In this document: piece by piece, positions 15,920 to 30,089 of the stretch
Layout of the letters: every line of letters begins with the position of its first letter
How positions within the stretch are numbered: position 1 is the first letter of the stretch
NCBI RefSeq assembly: GCF_009914755.1
Contig: NC_060938.1
From: the human T2T-CHM13v2.0 reference genome, Homo sapiens
Length of the DNA: 64,000 nucleotides
Direction: 5' to 3' (one strand)
The notes under the pieces: model-generated
Seen by the model: only the letters and a program-made list of their open reading frames with translations
The model's database searches: none
What the model was told of the DNA's origin: nothing
Program-made: the position numbers and the translations under genes

Positions 15920-18586
15920 TGTTATATATTTGGTTATTGAATGCTATAGATAATAGTTCAACTTAAAAAATAAAAGAAAAAAGTCAACAAAAGCAATAGT
16001 TTTAATATTTGTGGCATTTGTCACAGGCTTAGAAATGTTAATTGATTAATTACCAACATTAATTGATCCTAAGCTTGTGAGTACAGGAAGAATGCCACTG
16101 TCACTTAACAATTCATTGTCAAGGGGATTATTCCTTTATACAGTCTTTCTCTTCATTGTAAGATGCCAATGATTATAAGACATTCCACCTCTTTAATTAT
16201 AGCATGTTGGCAAAACATTTTTAAAAGTTACATTAAGTGCACTATTGCTGTATAATACCGCTCAATTTCAGAAATATTTAAATAAAAAGTTATGTCAATT
16301 GTATAGTCAAGAATATGCAGAGCTTAGGAATTAGCCATTTATTTAAGGGTTTATTTAAGGGTGATTATATTTTGTACTTCTTTGTTTCTAGGTAGCATTT
16401 TCCGGTAGACAAAAGTTTTTAATTTGCTTCTTTCTAAGTAACAAGTGTAGAGGGTGTTAACAAAGTGAAAGTTAAAGTAGGTCTCCAAGTAGGTATACTT
16501 ATCTGTTAAAAAGCCATGCAGGAAATACGCAAGGATATAGGACAGGAAAATATTCCTTTCCAATCCTGGTACATACAATTGTCCCTTTTGTACATATGTG
16601 GTCTCCATTAGAAAGAATTGGAGCTTCATGTGTGTGTTCCTGTACCAGCACTGAGGCCCCAGTTGTGAAAGATAGGTTCATTGCCTGCATAGTATATGTA
16701 CATTATCATGTAGAGTTTCAACGTTTTTAATACTATTAGTGGCAAACATCGATTTTCTTTACTTCTGGGGCCCTGCTAGGGTTGCATCACTACGAATTCC
16801 AGATGAAGAAGGACTATTTTCAAGCTCATGAATGGAAGCCCGCCAAAGTTTAAACTAATATTCGTTGGGAGTGAGGAAGACCTCGGCAGTCTCCTGGAGG
16901 ATTTGAAAAATATGTTTACACCTCCTGCTTTGCCAGCAGTGAAGCAAAACAAATAATTGCTCCCTTCACATAGCCAAATGAAAACATATTTAACTGAGGG
17001 GAAGTTAAAAACAAAACTGCTCAGATTACCTCAGAACAAGGCATTTTAAGAAGGCTCTTCATTTTTATCTGTTAATTTTTCAGAGATAACAATATTCTTC
17101 ACCACATTTTTTACCTCTCCCCCATGCTATTCTAAACAATATACTGAGCTCATAAAAATCTCTTCCCTAATTCCTTTTCTCCAATCTTTCTAAAAAAGTA
17201 AAAAGTTAGAGTTTACAATTCCATAGCAAAGATATCATTGACATGTTGTAATTAGCAAAAGGATGAAGACATGAAGCTGGATTTGGTAATGTGTTTAGCT
17301 CTTACTCCATGTTAACAAGAGGCAGTACCGAGTTTATGGAGAGATTATTGGTAAAAGTCATAATAACCAGCCTGTTTTCCCTGTTCTTGTTCATTCAGTT
17401 CCTTGGTGTAGGAAGGTAAGGGATGTGCTGAGATTTCAGGAAAACATTTCATGCATTTTATCTCGTCTTTCCTCTTCTACCCACTCAAGTGTATATTTAT
17501 GCAACATATCATGTTGCATTTCATGTTGCAAATTTGCCAGTCTGAACTGTGAATTTCTCAGAAGTCCAATCCACCGTGTGGTTTTTAATCCATATTGAAT
17601 TTAATCAGTCCTGTAGACAATTCTAAGATTGCAAGTACAAGACAGAGCATAGGGGACACTCATAATAAGCCTTACAATGTACTTACAACTGTGGATGCAA
17701 TATCAAACTCGTCTGTGTATGTAAAAACCTATGCTCCATTTATGCAGTCACCTTTGATTTAAATTACATCATAAAACTATGCCAATACATATCTCTGTGA
17801 GAATTATTTAGCCTTCTGAATGGAAGAGCCCTTAGCAATCTCATACTTTTATTACTGTTAAATTGTTTTTCAAAATAAGACACTTAGGCCGCTTAAATTG
17901 CTTAAGTTCAAAAAATGGCAGATAATCAAAATCAAGTTTTGATAATGGCAAATTCACTAGCAGTTCAAAATTACATTGGTGAATTCTTTCTAGCAATTAG
18001 TGATAGACAACTCATGAAGTTACAGAGAGAATAGACTGCCGAAGGCCATCAAGAAAAAAAATAAGGTCTTTTGCAAACATACACTTACAGTACCTCTGAA
18101 TACTCACTCCTCTATTGATCTTACAGATTGTATAGCATTCATCTCACTTTCCTCTGCACCCTCAGGTTGTATGCTGACTGTTGATTGTTTTCTCATTAAA
18201 GAGCATCCTTGATTTTCATTTAATTTTTAGGCTCAAAAAGTTGTTGTAGTCCACAAAATACACCTCAGTTAAAGGAAATGTCCAGTATTTAACTAGATAG
18301 TCAGATATGTCCAATAGTGCTACTTGTCTGTCTATAAAGAAAAATGCACATTAAATATAACAGGAAAATATTAAATGTGAGTTACTATGGGCCTTTAATC
18401 ACTGTTTTTAGTAATTACGTGAGTTAGTCACATATGTAATCCTCTATTTGCTCAGAAATACCAAAGAATTTTATAAAAAGTTCTAAAATCCAAAAAGGCA
18501 AAATAATTAAAGATATTAATGCAATGTTTTAAAAAAGTTAGAACCAGATGTACACAGGGCAAATGACTTTAGAATCCTAAGAAAAA

Positions 18587-18864
18587 GGCTAGGCACAGTG
18601 GCTCCTACCTGTACTCTCAACACTTTGGGAGGGTGAGGTGGGAAGATTGCTTGAGGCCAAGAGGTCAGGACTAGCCTGGGAAGCATAGAGAGACTTCATC
18701 CCTAAAAATAATTTTAAAATTAGCCAGGCATAGTGTCATGTACCTGTAGTTCTAGCTGCTTGGGAGGCTGAGGCTGGAGGATTGCTTGAGTCCAGAAGTG
18801 TGAGGCTAGAGTGAAATATGATTGTGCCACTGAACTTCAGTCTGGGTGACACAAGACCCTATCT

Positions 18865-18901
<37 letters not shown>
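18587..18901 (+). mobile_element. AluJ with (TAA)n tail
   Basis: Diverged Alu dimer with J-type GGAGGATTGCTTGAG; tail converted to about 11 TAA units. Confidence 0.9.
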
Positions 18902-18902
<1 letters not shown>

Positions 18903-20756
18903 CTAAAAGAGATCATTTCATTATTTCCATTTGACAAAGAGGAAAGCTGATAAGAAATCTGATGGCATACTATTGAACACTCAAAAAAAGAGCTCTAAGT
19001 GTCTTTGGAAGTGCAAGTAAAGGTGATACCAAAATAAAAAGTTTGTTGGAAGATTAATATCTAAACATGAATTATTTCCCTCCTCTGTGAGCCATTACTC
19101 AGCTGTCAATGTCATTTACATATTTATGAATCTTATATAGGGAACATCAATGTAACCTAAATGACAATCACAATACAACTATATTGGGAGGATATAGGTT
19201 TAGGAAGTGTATGTGAGTGTGTGGGGTTTTGGGGAGGGATATAAAGGAGATCTAGAGCCCTATCTTCCATGTAAGTATGCCAATAGGAAATCCTTAGAAG
19301 TCAAAGACCAAAAAGTAGTAATATAAGTATTTATTTAGACATATTATCAAAATAATTCATTTTAAAAGTCGAAAGAGTTTGCCTCTGGGGAGTGATAAAC
19401 TTAAGTGGGAATTAAGAAATTGTTGATTTTTGTCATAAGTCTTATAGTACCATTTGATCCTTTAAACAATCTGCAACTATTGCTTAGATAAAAATAAAAA
19501 ACAAAAGAAATAGCATCAAATTCCCATAAATTTGACATTATGTTCCCAGAGGAGTACTTGGAATGCTGATATTTCATATTGCATTTTAATTGTAAACACA
19601 TATCCTTAATAATCAAGTGAGCTGAAGGTACATTTTTGCCCTTGTTTGAATCTCCTTGGCTTCACCAACTATAAAATAAATACTATGAAAGGCAATCTTA
19701 TCTTCTCTGAATGAATATTTTGAGGAGAGTGGACGTACTATAAGACAGCAATGTAATCTATTTAGATCAACTGCAAGTAATTAAATTATATATATTATTT
19801 AGTCAATCTTTAGAAAAGAAATAAATGAGTCCCTTAGAGATTAATGATTTGCCTGAGGAATTTCTATTGGGGAATAATAATCATAATAAGAGGGTCCTTA
19901 GCAGTCTCATTTTCTTAACATATGCATCTGGTTATAATATTTGTATTCTCTTATTCATATCAAATAAAAATAGGGGCTACACATAAATTTTAATTCAGAT
20001 TGCTTTCACAGAAATTTGAGAAGTATTTTTATAGAAATATCCTGGGATGTTTCATAAACACATCATATTGCATGATAGTTCCATTAAATTAATTTGAAAA
20101 AGTGTCAGCATGACAACTCTTTGATTCATGAAAGTATTTTGAAAATACATCTCATGTATTTTTTGTTTTGTTTTATTTTGTTTTGACAAGTCATTGTTAT
20201 ATTAGTCTGTCACAATTTAGTCTAGATGATTGCTGTCAGCAGAGCCAACTAGCCAAGTATCATCCTTGATCTTCCTACACACATGCTACAGAACCCTTTC
20301 TTCATCGTCAGCTCTAGAAAATGCCATTTATCAAAGTCCCTCAGGCAAAGCTTTCCTAGGGTACTGTGAGACACAGACTCAACTTTAAGAATATAGGAAA
20401 AATCTGGTTGAAATAAATATGAGGGAAAGATTCAAAGGCAGAAATACATCACAAAAGGGATGATGTATAAAATGGGGGAATATAAGGGATTTAAAGAACT
20501 CTTTTTCATACCTCAGCTCCTTTTTGTTTTTCACTAATTTCAGAGAGAAATTTAAATATCTCTAATCCCTCTACTCATATATATATATAAATTATATAAA
20601 TTATTGGTAAGAAATATTATTATTTTAGTCATATGCAAAATTTATTTTTGACAGTTAGGTTACTGTGAATCCTCAGTATTTCATGGGATGATTAAATCGT
20701 CCCATGAAATATTAACTAATTAGTGCTTATTATTAGGGGTAAAGATTGGTTTAGAT

Positions 20757-20975
20757 CAGGTGTTATAAACCTCTTTTAATAAATGTCAAGATAATAAATA
20801 TTTTAAGCTTTATAGGACATACACTGTCTGTGGCAAGTACTTTGCCATTGTATCATGGAAACAGCCAGAAACAATGCAAAAATGAACAAGCAGGGCTATG
20901 TTCTAATAAACATTTATCTACAAAATAGGCAGCCAGTTGAATGTGGTTCATGGGCTATGATTTTCCAGCCGCACG
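20757..20975 (+). mobile_element. MER58A (hAT-Charlie)
   Basis: AGATAATAAATATTTTAAGCTTT and GGCTATGTTCTAATAAACATTTAT; 8-bp hAT-type TSD GTTTAGAT (20749-20756) / GCTTAGAT (20976-20983). Confidence 0.85.
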
Positions 20976-22039
20976 GCTTAGATGATATTATAGTCATGGA
21001 ATCAGGGGTGACAAAATCTTTTCATAGATGTCATATCTATGACTTCCCAGGAAGTCTCCAAGAAGAATATATGCAGTAGGAGTCAAATGAAAAACTAAAT
21101 ACCAGTTTAGGAGGGTAGAAGATGGGAAAGTTTTAATGCAGAGACATGGCTCTACTTATCTGGTTGAATTAAATGAATAAGACTACAGGCCAGAATGAGG
21201 TTTTCTTTTTTATCTATACTGAAACAAAATCTTATGCTTGAGATAGTATTGATCTCCTGGTGGTCACATGCCACGGGAAGTAGAAACAGTGGCAATCATG
21301 AATAGAGACAGAACATGGTCGTGACTCCTGAAGACAGATGGGCACCCACTAAGCCGACAATGATGAATGCAACAGAGATGGATGGGATAAAGCAGCTCCA
21401 TCCACAGAACTGCCCATAGTTTAATTTAGTCACACAGCTTGATGCCCAAATAAAGTACAAGAGAGGTCATTCACGGATTTGTATGAATTCCTCTGATTTT
21501 TAGAACACAGTGATCATGATAAGTAATAAATATACTACAGTAGATAATGTGTTTTGATCATCCAGATAATTAGTTCTCTTCCCTGTGGGGAAAGCCAATA
21601 AGTGGAATAAACAGAGCTGAAACTCCACGGACAGATACAGATAGAGAGAGGGAGGAAAGACAGAAAGGAAAGTTTAAATAAGATCAACACAAAGAATCTT
21701 TCAAAATGTTTCCTAGCACTTGATAGTGCCTCATTATATGTTATGTATACTTCTCCCTGAGATAGATCTTGCGCTTTCACAGATTTGCTGCACATCTAAC
21801 AATTTATAAACATTCCTAAGCCTCAGTTTTATTATCTGAAAGACATGAAAATATTAAATCAACCTTACCTGAAACCTGTTCCTTGACACACTAGTTAAAA
21901 AATTTAATGAATTAAAAACAAAACAAACAAATAAAAAGGATAAGTCAAATAAGTTTGAAAACTTTTTTTTTGCAGTCATATTTTAAAATGAATTCATTAA
22001 CTCTTACCTAGAATAATGTCATAACCTCCTTATTTCTCT

Positions 22040-23060
22040 GAGTTAAATCTCTACTTGCCCCTCCTCTGACATTCTTCCAAGCCAGTCATCTTTTCAAAAG
22101 ACAAGTATAATTTTGAAAATCCATTGCTCTAAGTAGATCCATGCCTTTTCCATTAGCTTCAAGTCCAATTGCTGTATCTTGCTGCCTCGACCTATTCTCC
22201 AACTCGAAACTTCCATTGTTGTGTTTTTGCTCTGCTCCAGGTACTGTTCCTTGGTAACCGTGTGTTCTTTACACCAATACCATCTTTCTTGAGCATGCAA
22301 TTCCAACTCACTCAAATGATTTCTCTTCCCAGCACCCCCACTGATGTTCAACTAATTAAACTTTCCAAACCCTTTGAATCTCAGAAAAGCCTGAACTGAT
22401 CTTCTCCTGACTTGGAGAAATCAAACTAATATACATTTTTATAGTACTATATACTATAGTAACATGAATCTCTGTTTTATTATCATGCAGTTACCAGAGT
22501 GTCATTTTATATTCATTTATGTAATTCTTTGGTTATCAGCTATCTCCCCACTAAATCACAGGATCTATTTGGGTAGACACATTATTCAGTTCTGTGAACA
22601 TATTGTCACCCTCTTGTACAGTTCCTGGAACTCTTTTCTAGTAGTGATTTCAAGTTATATATACCCAGAAAAAAATTATCAAGGATATTGCAATGGTTTC
22701 ATCCATGCATTCATTCATCCTTGTATTCATTTGTTGTGAAGCCACTTCCCACTTTATGACCATTCATTGTGATGGGTCCTGTTGATACAGGCAAAGAATG
22801 GCAGAAAGGGTAACTATCTCATGGAAATAGAGTCAAGAGCAGGAAACAGAGTACATGTCAATATACACAGACTTATTCACGTGGTTTTAAAAAAGTCTTT
22901 AAACAAAAAATACAGAGCGATGTAAGCATATACAATTAGCAGTCTTGACCTAGTTTGGGAGTGGGATAAGAAGGCGTTGAATAGGAAGTGACATTTGAGT
23001 TTATACTTGAAAGATGATTGCTAGGTGAGAAGACATTAAACATTAGACAGACAGGTAGAT
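22040..23060. mobile_element. L2 LINE fragments in both orientations
   Basis: CATTCATTCATCC, GGAAGTGACATTTGAG and CAGCCAGTCATCTTTTCAAAA-like L2 motifs; highly diverged. Confidence 0.5.
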
Positions 23061-23066
23061 TTCTTG

Positions 23067-23107
<41 letters not shown>

Positions 23108-23140
23108 ATACACACACACACAGACACAAACACAACACAA
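23067..23140. repeat. Compound (CT)n(CA)n microsatellite
   Basis: Seen directly. Confidence 0.95.
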
Positions 23141-26100
23141 TGTATAATAAGTGCACATTCAAAGTATGGTAACTGTAGTTTAGAAAAGACAAGATCAGGA
23201 TGTCCAGAAATGGTCTAGGATTAGAATTGAGCCATGACTTGGCTCAGATAAAGACAAAAAGTTAATGTCTGAATTTTGTCCCAGTAAGAAATTTAAAGGC
23301 AATATAATTTAGCTATTTCTCTCTACTATGTATATATGTATGCAGAAATAACCACATGCACGGTTACCACAATACAGCATGAAAAATCTAACACGCTATA
23401 AGAAAAATAGAATTCCTCAGGTAATTTAAAATTTTGCTGATATAAAATAATTTATTCATAGTCGGATGATTTTAATTTTTTCAATACCCTATTTTACAAC
23501 CATTATTTTCTAAGACCTGATTCTTCACATTATATTTTTTCTGAATTTTAATAAGGAATAATTTAAGACACAAGTATTCTGCTTTGTCTACATAGGTTTT
23601 TGCAGGGATAATTCAAGTAAATGTGGCACAATCAAGAAAGAATATTAGCTTCAAACCAAGAGTTTCTAAAATGGAAAAAAATATCTAAGTACTTTAGACT
23701 AATGAAAGAGAAGGCCAGTCTAAATTAAAAACTATTTTATAATACAAGTATTCCACTTTTTAAAAACTACATTCAGTAACTAAAACTGGACTCCAGGACT
23801 GTATGTTGAAAATTGCTTTAAGAAATAGATAAAATAATGTATTGGCAGACATATTGATAAAATACAAATATTTTTAAATCCTGTAGAGTTCTAAAAAAGA
23901 GTTTATTACTGATATTGATAGAAATATTCAATCCACAATTTGTATTATTAGTTCTTCCTACAGTAAAATTTTTCTTCATAATTTATGGTAAGATCGGTGT
24001 TAACTCAGACATTTACTGAATCATCTGAAATTATTACAAAGTAATGAGATTTCTTCTTTGTATTCTTACCATGGTGTTATAAATCCTGGGTATTACTCTA
24101 GGAGTTCCACAATGTTTAGTATATTAAAAAATGAAAAAAATAGCAGTTTTTAATGCATGTACAATTCTCACCAAATCTAGTAAATAAAGGTCAACAGTAG
24201 TTAGCAATTTTCTTGTTTTGCTTAACTCTTCTGCAAACATGTAGATTATTTGATTGCAAAAATGGTCAGATGTGGGTTTTTTCCCCTTTGAAACAAGTGG
24301 GGAGTAATTGAACAGGGGATAACATTTTACACTATTTTAAAGTAGCCTTTTGTGGGTTCTAGAAACAAACCTTGGGGAGAGTAAGAGGACCCTGGGTGCT
24401 GAGTTGTCAATCCAGAGATAACAATGACACGTTTTCAGAACACTGCTGGTTCAGAAACGTTATAATGTGTCAGGAGTAAACAGCCTCATTCATTCTGTTA
24501 GTTCTGTTGCTTCTGGCATGTTATGATTAGAGATGTGTGTGGCTTTAAAACCAAAAGATTGAATTGCTTAACATGTTATGAACTGGAAAGCCTGGGCCAA
24601 ATGGAAGCCTAATCAGCATTTTTCTTCTTTCTAAATGTAAATAGTATGATGCAGTGTCCTGTAAATGATGCTGTTTATCATATACTGTCAGAAGATGCTG
24701 CTGAAAATGCATTTCCATTTGTTTCCTTACTTGGGTTTGATTTGTAAAATCAGATTTAAACCGTGTATGAAATTGAATCTAAATTTCAAGGATAGACAAC
24801 CTAATGATATTTATCATAACTAGGACAAAGTCTAAAAACAGTTATTCTAACACCAGCTTTTAGGATTTGAAAGAAAAATGTGCCTTTATTTTAAAATTTA
24901 AAATAGCTTAAATGTAATGAATTTCAGACTAATTATAGGCATTAATGTAGAAAAACCTAATCTCAGCCAAAATGTTTATGTGTAAACTGCAATTGGCATA
25001 CTGAGTTACTACTGTCATCTTTTCTCTTGAACTTTTACGGCATACAAATAATTTAAAAATAAAGGGTGGTAAATATATTGCTTTGATTTATTAGTATTTT
25101 TATAATTATTATAAGCATTACATTAATTCCTCACTTCCTTGGAGAGAAGAAGACATCTTATGAATACAGATCTTTTTGGCAGATTATCGTGTGCCCACAA
25201 AGATTCAAAAACACAATTTGCCTTGTCTGGGTTCTCAGCTGATTATATCCAGTCTGAAATCAGTGTGAACCACATACACATTGCCAAAAGTCAGAAATTT
25301 TTAAGACTTCATTATGACTATTGTTACAACGACAATATTTCAAGATTGCCAATTTTAGAAATTAGGGCAGTACCATTCTCAGATGCAGGCATTAGTAGTA
25401 ACACTCTTTGGAGATCCACTGCAAGTCACCAACACTCAAACACAATGGCGCTTTTCTTTTTTTCCTGTTATGCCCTCATGGGGTATTTTTGAATGTTTGT
25501 TAACAAATTGCAATTATGGTAACGAGTCATTCAAATCAAGCTGATATAGTCAGGCCAGAGAATGAGAGATTGTGAGTTTTCAAATGTTTTAAAGGAAAGA
25601 AGAAAATTAGAGCTTTTCTCCTGGGAAACCCATGAGAGTGGTTGCTTCTGTTAAAAGTTGATTTCTCTAAGACATGCAAAGTGTCTGCCTGGTCTCTGCT
25701 GCTTTATTCTTGGTTGAGGTAGTTATGGAGGCAGTTTAAACTGTTTTGAAAATGCTGTCAGAGAAGTGAAGCTGGTGAATAGGACCCAGTTCACCCTGGT
25801 TCATTATGAAGCTTAATCAAATCAGTTGACATTTGGAGTGGGTGTAGGTGCAACCACTGTCCCAGAATGTTGGCACCAGCATCACTTTATACACTGGTCT
25901 GCACAGCCTTCCTCCATGCAGTACCTAACACCCTTCAAAGTCATATGCTTTAGCCTCCAGATGTTAAGAGGGATCCATGCTGAATGGACTGGAAGCCCTG
26001 GGTAAAGGTGCAGACCGGGTCAGAGGGGATAGTTGGATTTGTACATGAAACTCTTGGAATATGCATCTTATTTGTACTTTGGCCCCAGATGTCAGAATGA

Positions 26101-26674
26101 CTAGAAGTGGGCCTGAAACAAGAAATGTTCTTGGTATTATATTAAGACAGCATTGGATGATTTAAAAAAAATCACTCACTCCATATGTTGATGCTGACTT
26201 GGGGAAGCCTCTTTTTGACTTAATCTCTTCACATTTACACTAAAATAATGAAAATGCTTTATTCTTCCAGGCTCTGACATTGTATGGTTATTTTCCTTTA
26301 TTTTGAATACTAATCCATACAACAATAATAATATACATTTGCCATGTAGAATCCTACATTGCTAAACTCTACATGGTAGATATTTTTAAGGCTTTGGGAA
26401 ACAATAGAGATTTAGATTCAATACCACTTGCTTGGAAAACAATAGCAATGTAATCAATAATTTATACAAACACAACTTATTAATAAAATTTTCAACATAG
26501 TGGGAAATGTACTTGAAATTGGGAAAATGTAGAAATATTACTTTTTGTTAGTACTTTTTTCTTTCATTAAATCTATTTTTGATGTTTTATACTTTTTTAA
26601 ATTTATAGAAATCAAGGACTATAATAACATATTTACCTGATTTATTTTCATAAACCAATATAAGCATGGTTTAC

Positions 26675-26899
26675 ATTATGCTTCTATATCCTATTTTAGA
26701 ATAGAATATAGAAGGATATAGAATATTAGGGATACAAGATATATAAGGAAATATATATATGATATAAGTATATAGGATATTAATCCTTAATATAGGATAT
26801 TAAGCTTATAGATCCTATTTTAAAATAGGATATAGAAACATGATATAAATCTATTAACTTATGTAAATTCGATTTTAAAGTAAGGTATAGAAGCATAAT
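26675..26899. repeat. AT-rich degenerate tandem and inverted repeat cluster
   Basis: Perfect 14-bp inverted pair at 26675-26688 / 26886-26899; palindrome ATCCTATTTTAAAATAGGAT at 26812-26831. Confidence 0.8.
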
Positions 26900-28310
26900 A
26901 GATTAAAAATAGTGAAGAAAATTTTAAAAGTACAATTTATTCCACAAGCATGTATTCAGAAACTACAGTAATGGCAGACAATGTAATAAAAAACAAAAAA
27001 AGAACACTTGAGAAGATTTATTTTTTAGAACTTAGTATTTTTGGACAAGATATACATATAAAATTAGATAATTTTGCTACAAGGTGGTAAACAATACGTT
27101 GTTGAAAGGATAAAAAGAAGTTTGGGAATTTAGAGAAAAGTAATGACAAACTCTTCTGGGAAGAATCCAAAAAGAGATATTGTTTGCTTTCAGTGGAGCT
27201 AGGTGCCAGGGATAAATAGCAGTTTTCTGGGCTAAGAAAAGAGAAAGAACATTGCAAGAGCAAAGAACTGTAGCTACAAAGACTGTCAGGGAAAAATTAA
27301 GCAATTTCATTTATTTGGAGATAGAGTTGGAGGATTGTGGGTAAAAGTTTGGTAGGCAGGTGCAAAATATAAAAAAGATGAAAATGGTGTTAAAGAAAAT
27401 TTGGCCTAAAGCTGCCTCCATCATTTTCATTCCTACATAGTGATCTACAATCTAACTCAGTTTGAAAACAAACAGCAATCTAAATTAAGAGAACATTCTT
27501 ATAACAAATAGTTGAATCTCAGACAATCACAGGCTACCATTTGATCAGACCATGTCCATACGAGGCAAATGCTTCATTCATCATACCATGCCCAAATAAG
27601 GCAAACTTTGAGCTGCAGGCATTCAAGCTGTTTCTGTACATCACTTCCTTTTTCTGTTGGTAAATACTGCCTGCCCATGTTGCTGCAAAGCTCTTTGAAC
27701 CTCCCCTGGTTCTGAGTGCTGCCAGATTCATGAATCACTTTTTGTTCAAATAAACCCTGCTAAATTCAATTTGTTAAAGCTTTTATTTAACAGAAGCGGA
27801 ATCTGAGGGAGGACCCCAGTGACCCTCAGGAAGATTGAATGACCATGCATAGGTACCCGTTGAGCCCAATGTGCCCACTAATCTTTTGCAGCAATTGGAG
27901 GTCATGAGTGTGTCTCCTGTCAGACTCAGGTTCTGTAACCTCTCCAACTTTATTTGAACAACTTTTACTGAATGGTTAGTCAGGATTGGATTAGATTTGA
28001 TAATTAAATGTATTGTGATCCAGTTAAGAGGCCTCAGGTAGGTGACTTTTGAAAATAGATTCCTCTGAATCTAAGTAGTCTAAGACTCTAGAATTTGGGA
28101 CACCAATTTATGAAACACTGGCAAGCTTCGTATACAAAAATTATGAGCCCATAATCTGTGTATTTTTAGAAAAAAATGAGTTAAACTTATGAAACATAAC
28201 TTAGAATTAAAGTGGCCAGAGTGGGGAAATGTTAACCAGATTAAATTGTTCACTTGCAAATTACATTAGAAAATAAAGAATCTAAAACGCCACAAAACCA
28301 ATGGTATGCA

Positions 28311-28638
28311 TTTTTTATTTATTTTTATTTATTTTTTATTTTTTGAGACAGATTCTTGCTCTGTTGCCCAGGCTGGAGTGTGATGGTGTGATCTTGACTC
28401 GTTGCAAACTCCGCCTCCTGGGTTCAAGCAATTCTGTCTCAGCCTCCTGAGTAGCTGGGGTAACAGGCACCCACCACCATGCCTGGCTAATTTTTGTAGT
28501 TTTTGTAGAGATGGGGTTTCGCCATGTTGGTCAGGCTGTTCTTGAACTCCTGACTTCAGGTGATCTACCCACCTCGGCCTCCCAAAGTGCTGGGATTACA
28601 GGAATGCAGGGATTACAGGAATGCAGGGATTACTGGCC
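28311..28638 (-). mobile_element. AluS inside the ERV internal region
   Basis: Reverse Alu dimer with T-rich tail; 5' end remodelled into GGGATTACAGGAATGCA repeats. Confidence 0.92.
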
Positions 28639-30089
28639 CTGCTTTATTTAATCAGTACACAGGGGGATAAAAAAGATTAAATGAGTCAAGATTGTCGCTT
28701 TAAAGGATTCCTTACAGATGGCAAATTTTAAAAATCCATAAATATAAGTCAAAAGTTTTAGCCATCTGGGAAGAAAATCTAGTTGTATTGGCCAGACAAA
28801 ACAATTTGGATCTAAATTGTCTTCAATAAAGTAGTGAGTTCTGTATTATTGCATTTGTCACATGGCTAAATAATTTTAGAATGAAAGCAGTAAGATCGGT
28901 TTTTGTCTGTAGTAGGTTATGTCCATCTGTATGCAATATACATACGATATTTTCCTATATTCTTTTGATATTGCCAAAATAAAATTGTAAAGCAACTATA
29001 TTTAATTGGCTTACAAAAAAGTGCTTATATAAGTTAAGTTTTCTCTCAGAAAAAATAAGAACTTCTCCCAATTATTTTTAAGTTCATGTAACTTGGGTAA
29101 TCTTTGTTAACTAAGAACATTGTTGGTGTGATTAAAATAGGCATATCATCAGAGTTGTCAACATTAAGTATAATACAGATGTAGAACCTTTTCTCCATAG
29201 GTTTATTAGTAAAATAAGTTCAGGTTATCTCTACATTATAAAATTTATTAACAAAAAAAACAATTTTTTTAGAATATTGTTCTGTTCTTAATAGAAAGTT
29301 ATGAAAGGTTCTTCTTTATCCTTTAGGAATTGGCCTAGAAAATTGAAATTCTAAATTTTACCAACATAATTTCCTGTGCTTCACATTGTCTTTGTTAGGT
29401 TTTTTATCACTTAAGAAAACTGAGACCATTCTATAAAAAGAGCTAAAGTATTACTACCATTATGGAACTTTCCATATTTGCCTTTCAAGTCTTTAAATTA
29501 TTACTCTGGTTAAATGAATGGCTATTATTCATAGTGACCTGTTATCCTATTTAGATCAAACGTTTTAAGCCTTAGATGTTTTTTATAGATTTCTCAAAAT
29601 CAAATTCTAAATTAAATATTTTTCTTGACCTTAAATTATCTTTAAAATTTTACAGATGGGCCCTTGGTGAATCTCAAAAGGCTATCTCTTTTTATACAAA
29701 AGATATTAAATGAATCATATTTATTTCATATAATAAATTGAGAAGCATTCTCAAATAATTAGTAATACTAAACCTTCTTTGAGTTATACTTGTATGTATT
29801 TATTATTAATATGTATTCCAGAAATTGTATGAAATTCTTACATACTTGATCATACCACTAGACTGGGTAAGAATTCCTGAACTTTAATTAAGAGACTGAT
29901 GGTTTCATCAAACTTCTAACCCAACATCATAAGAAGAATTAATTGAATACCAAAATAATTCTTTGGCAGGTTTTTATTCTAATTCAGCCAGTACTAAAAT
30001 TGTTAAATTATGTGATTTGAATTAACTACCTTGATTGATCCAAGTCAAATTTTGAATTAACTACCTTGATTGATCCAAGTCAAATTTTC

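Noticed and set aside
25139-25492. 117-aa ORF in unique sequence
   Set aside because: Non-ATG start, no recognisable domain and no convincing splice signals.
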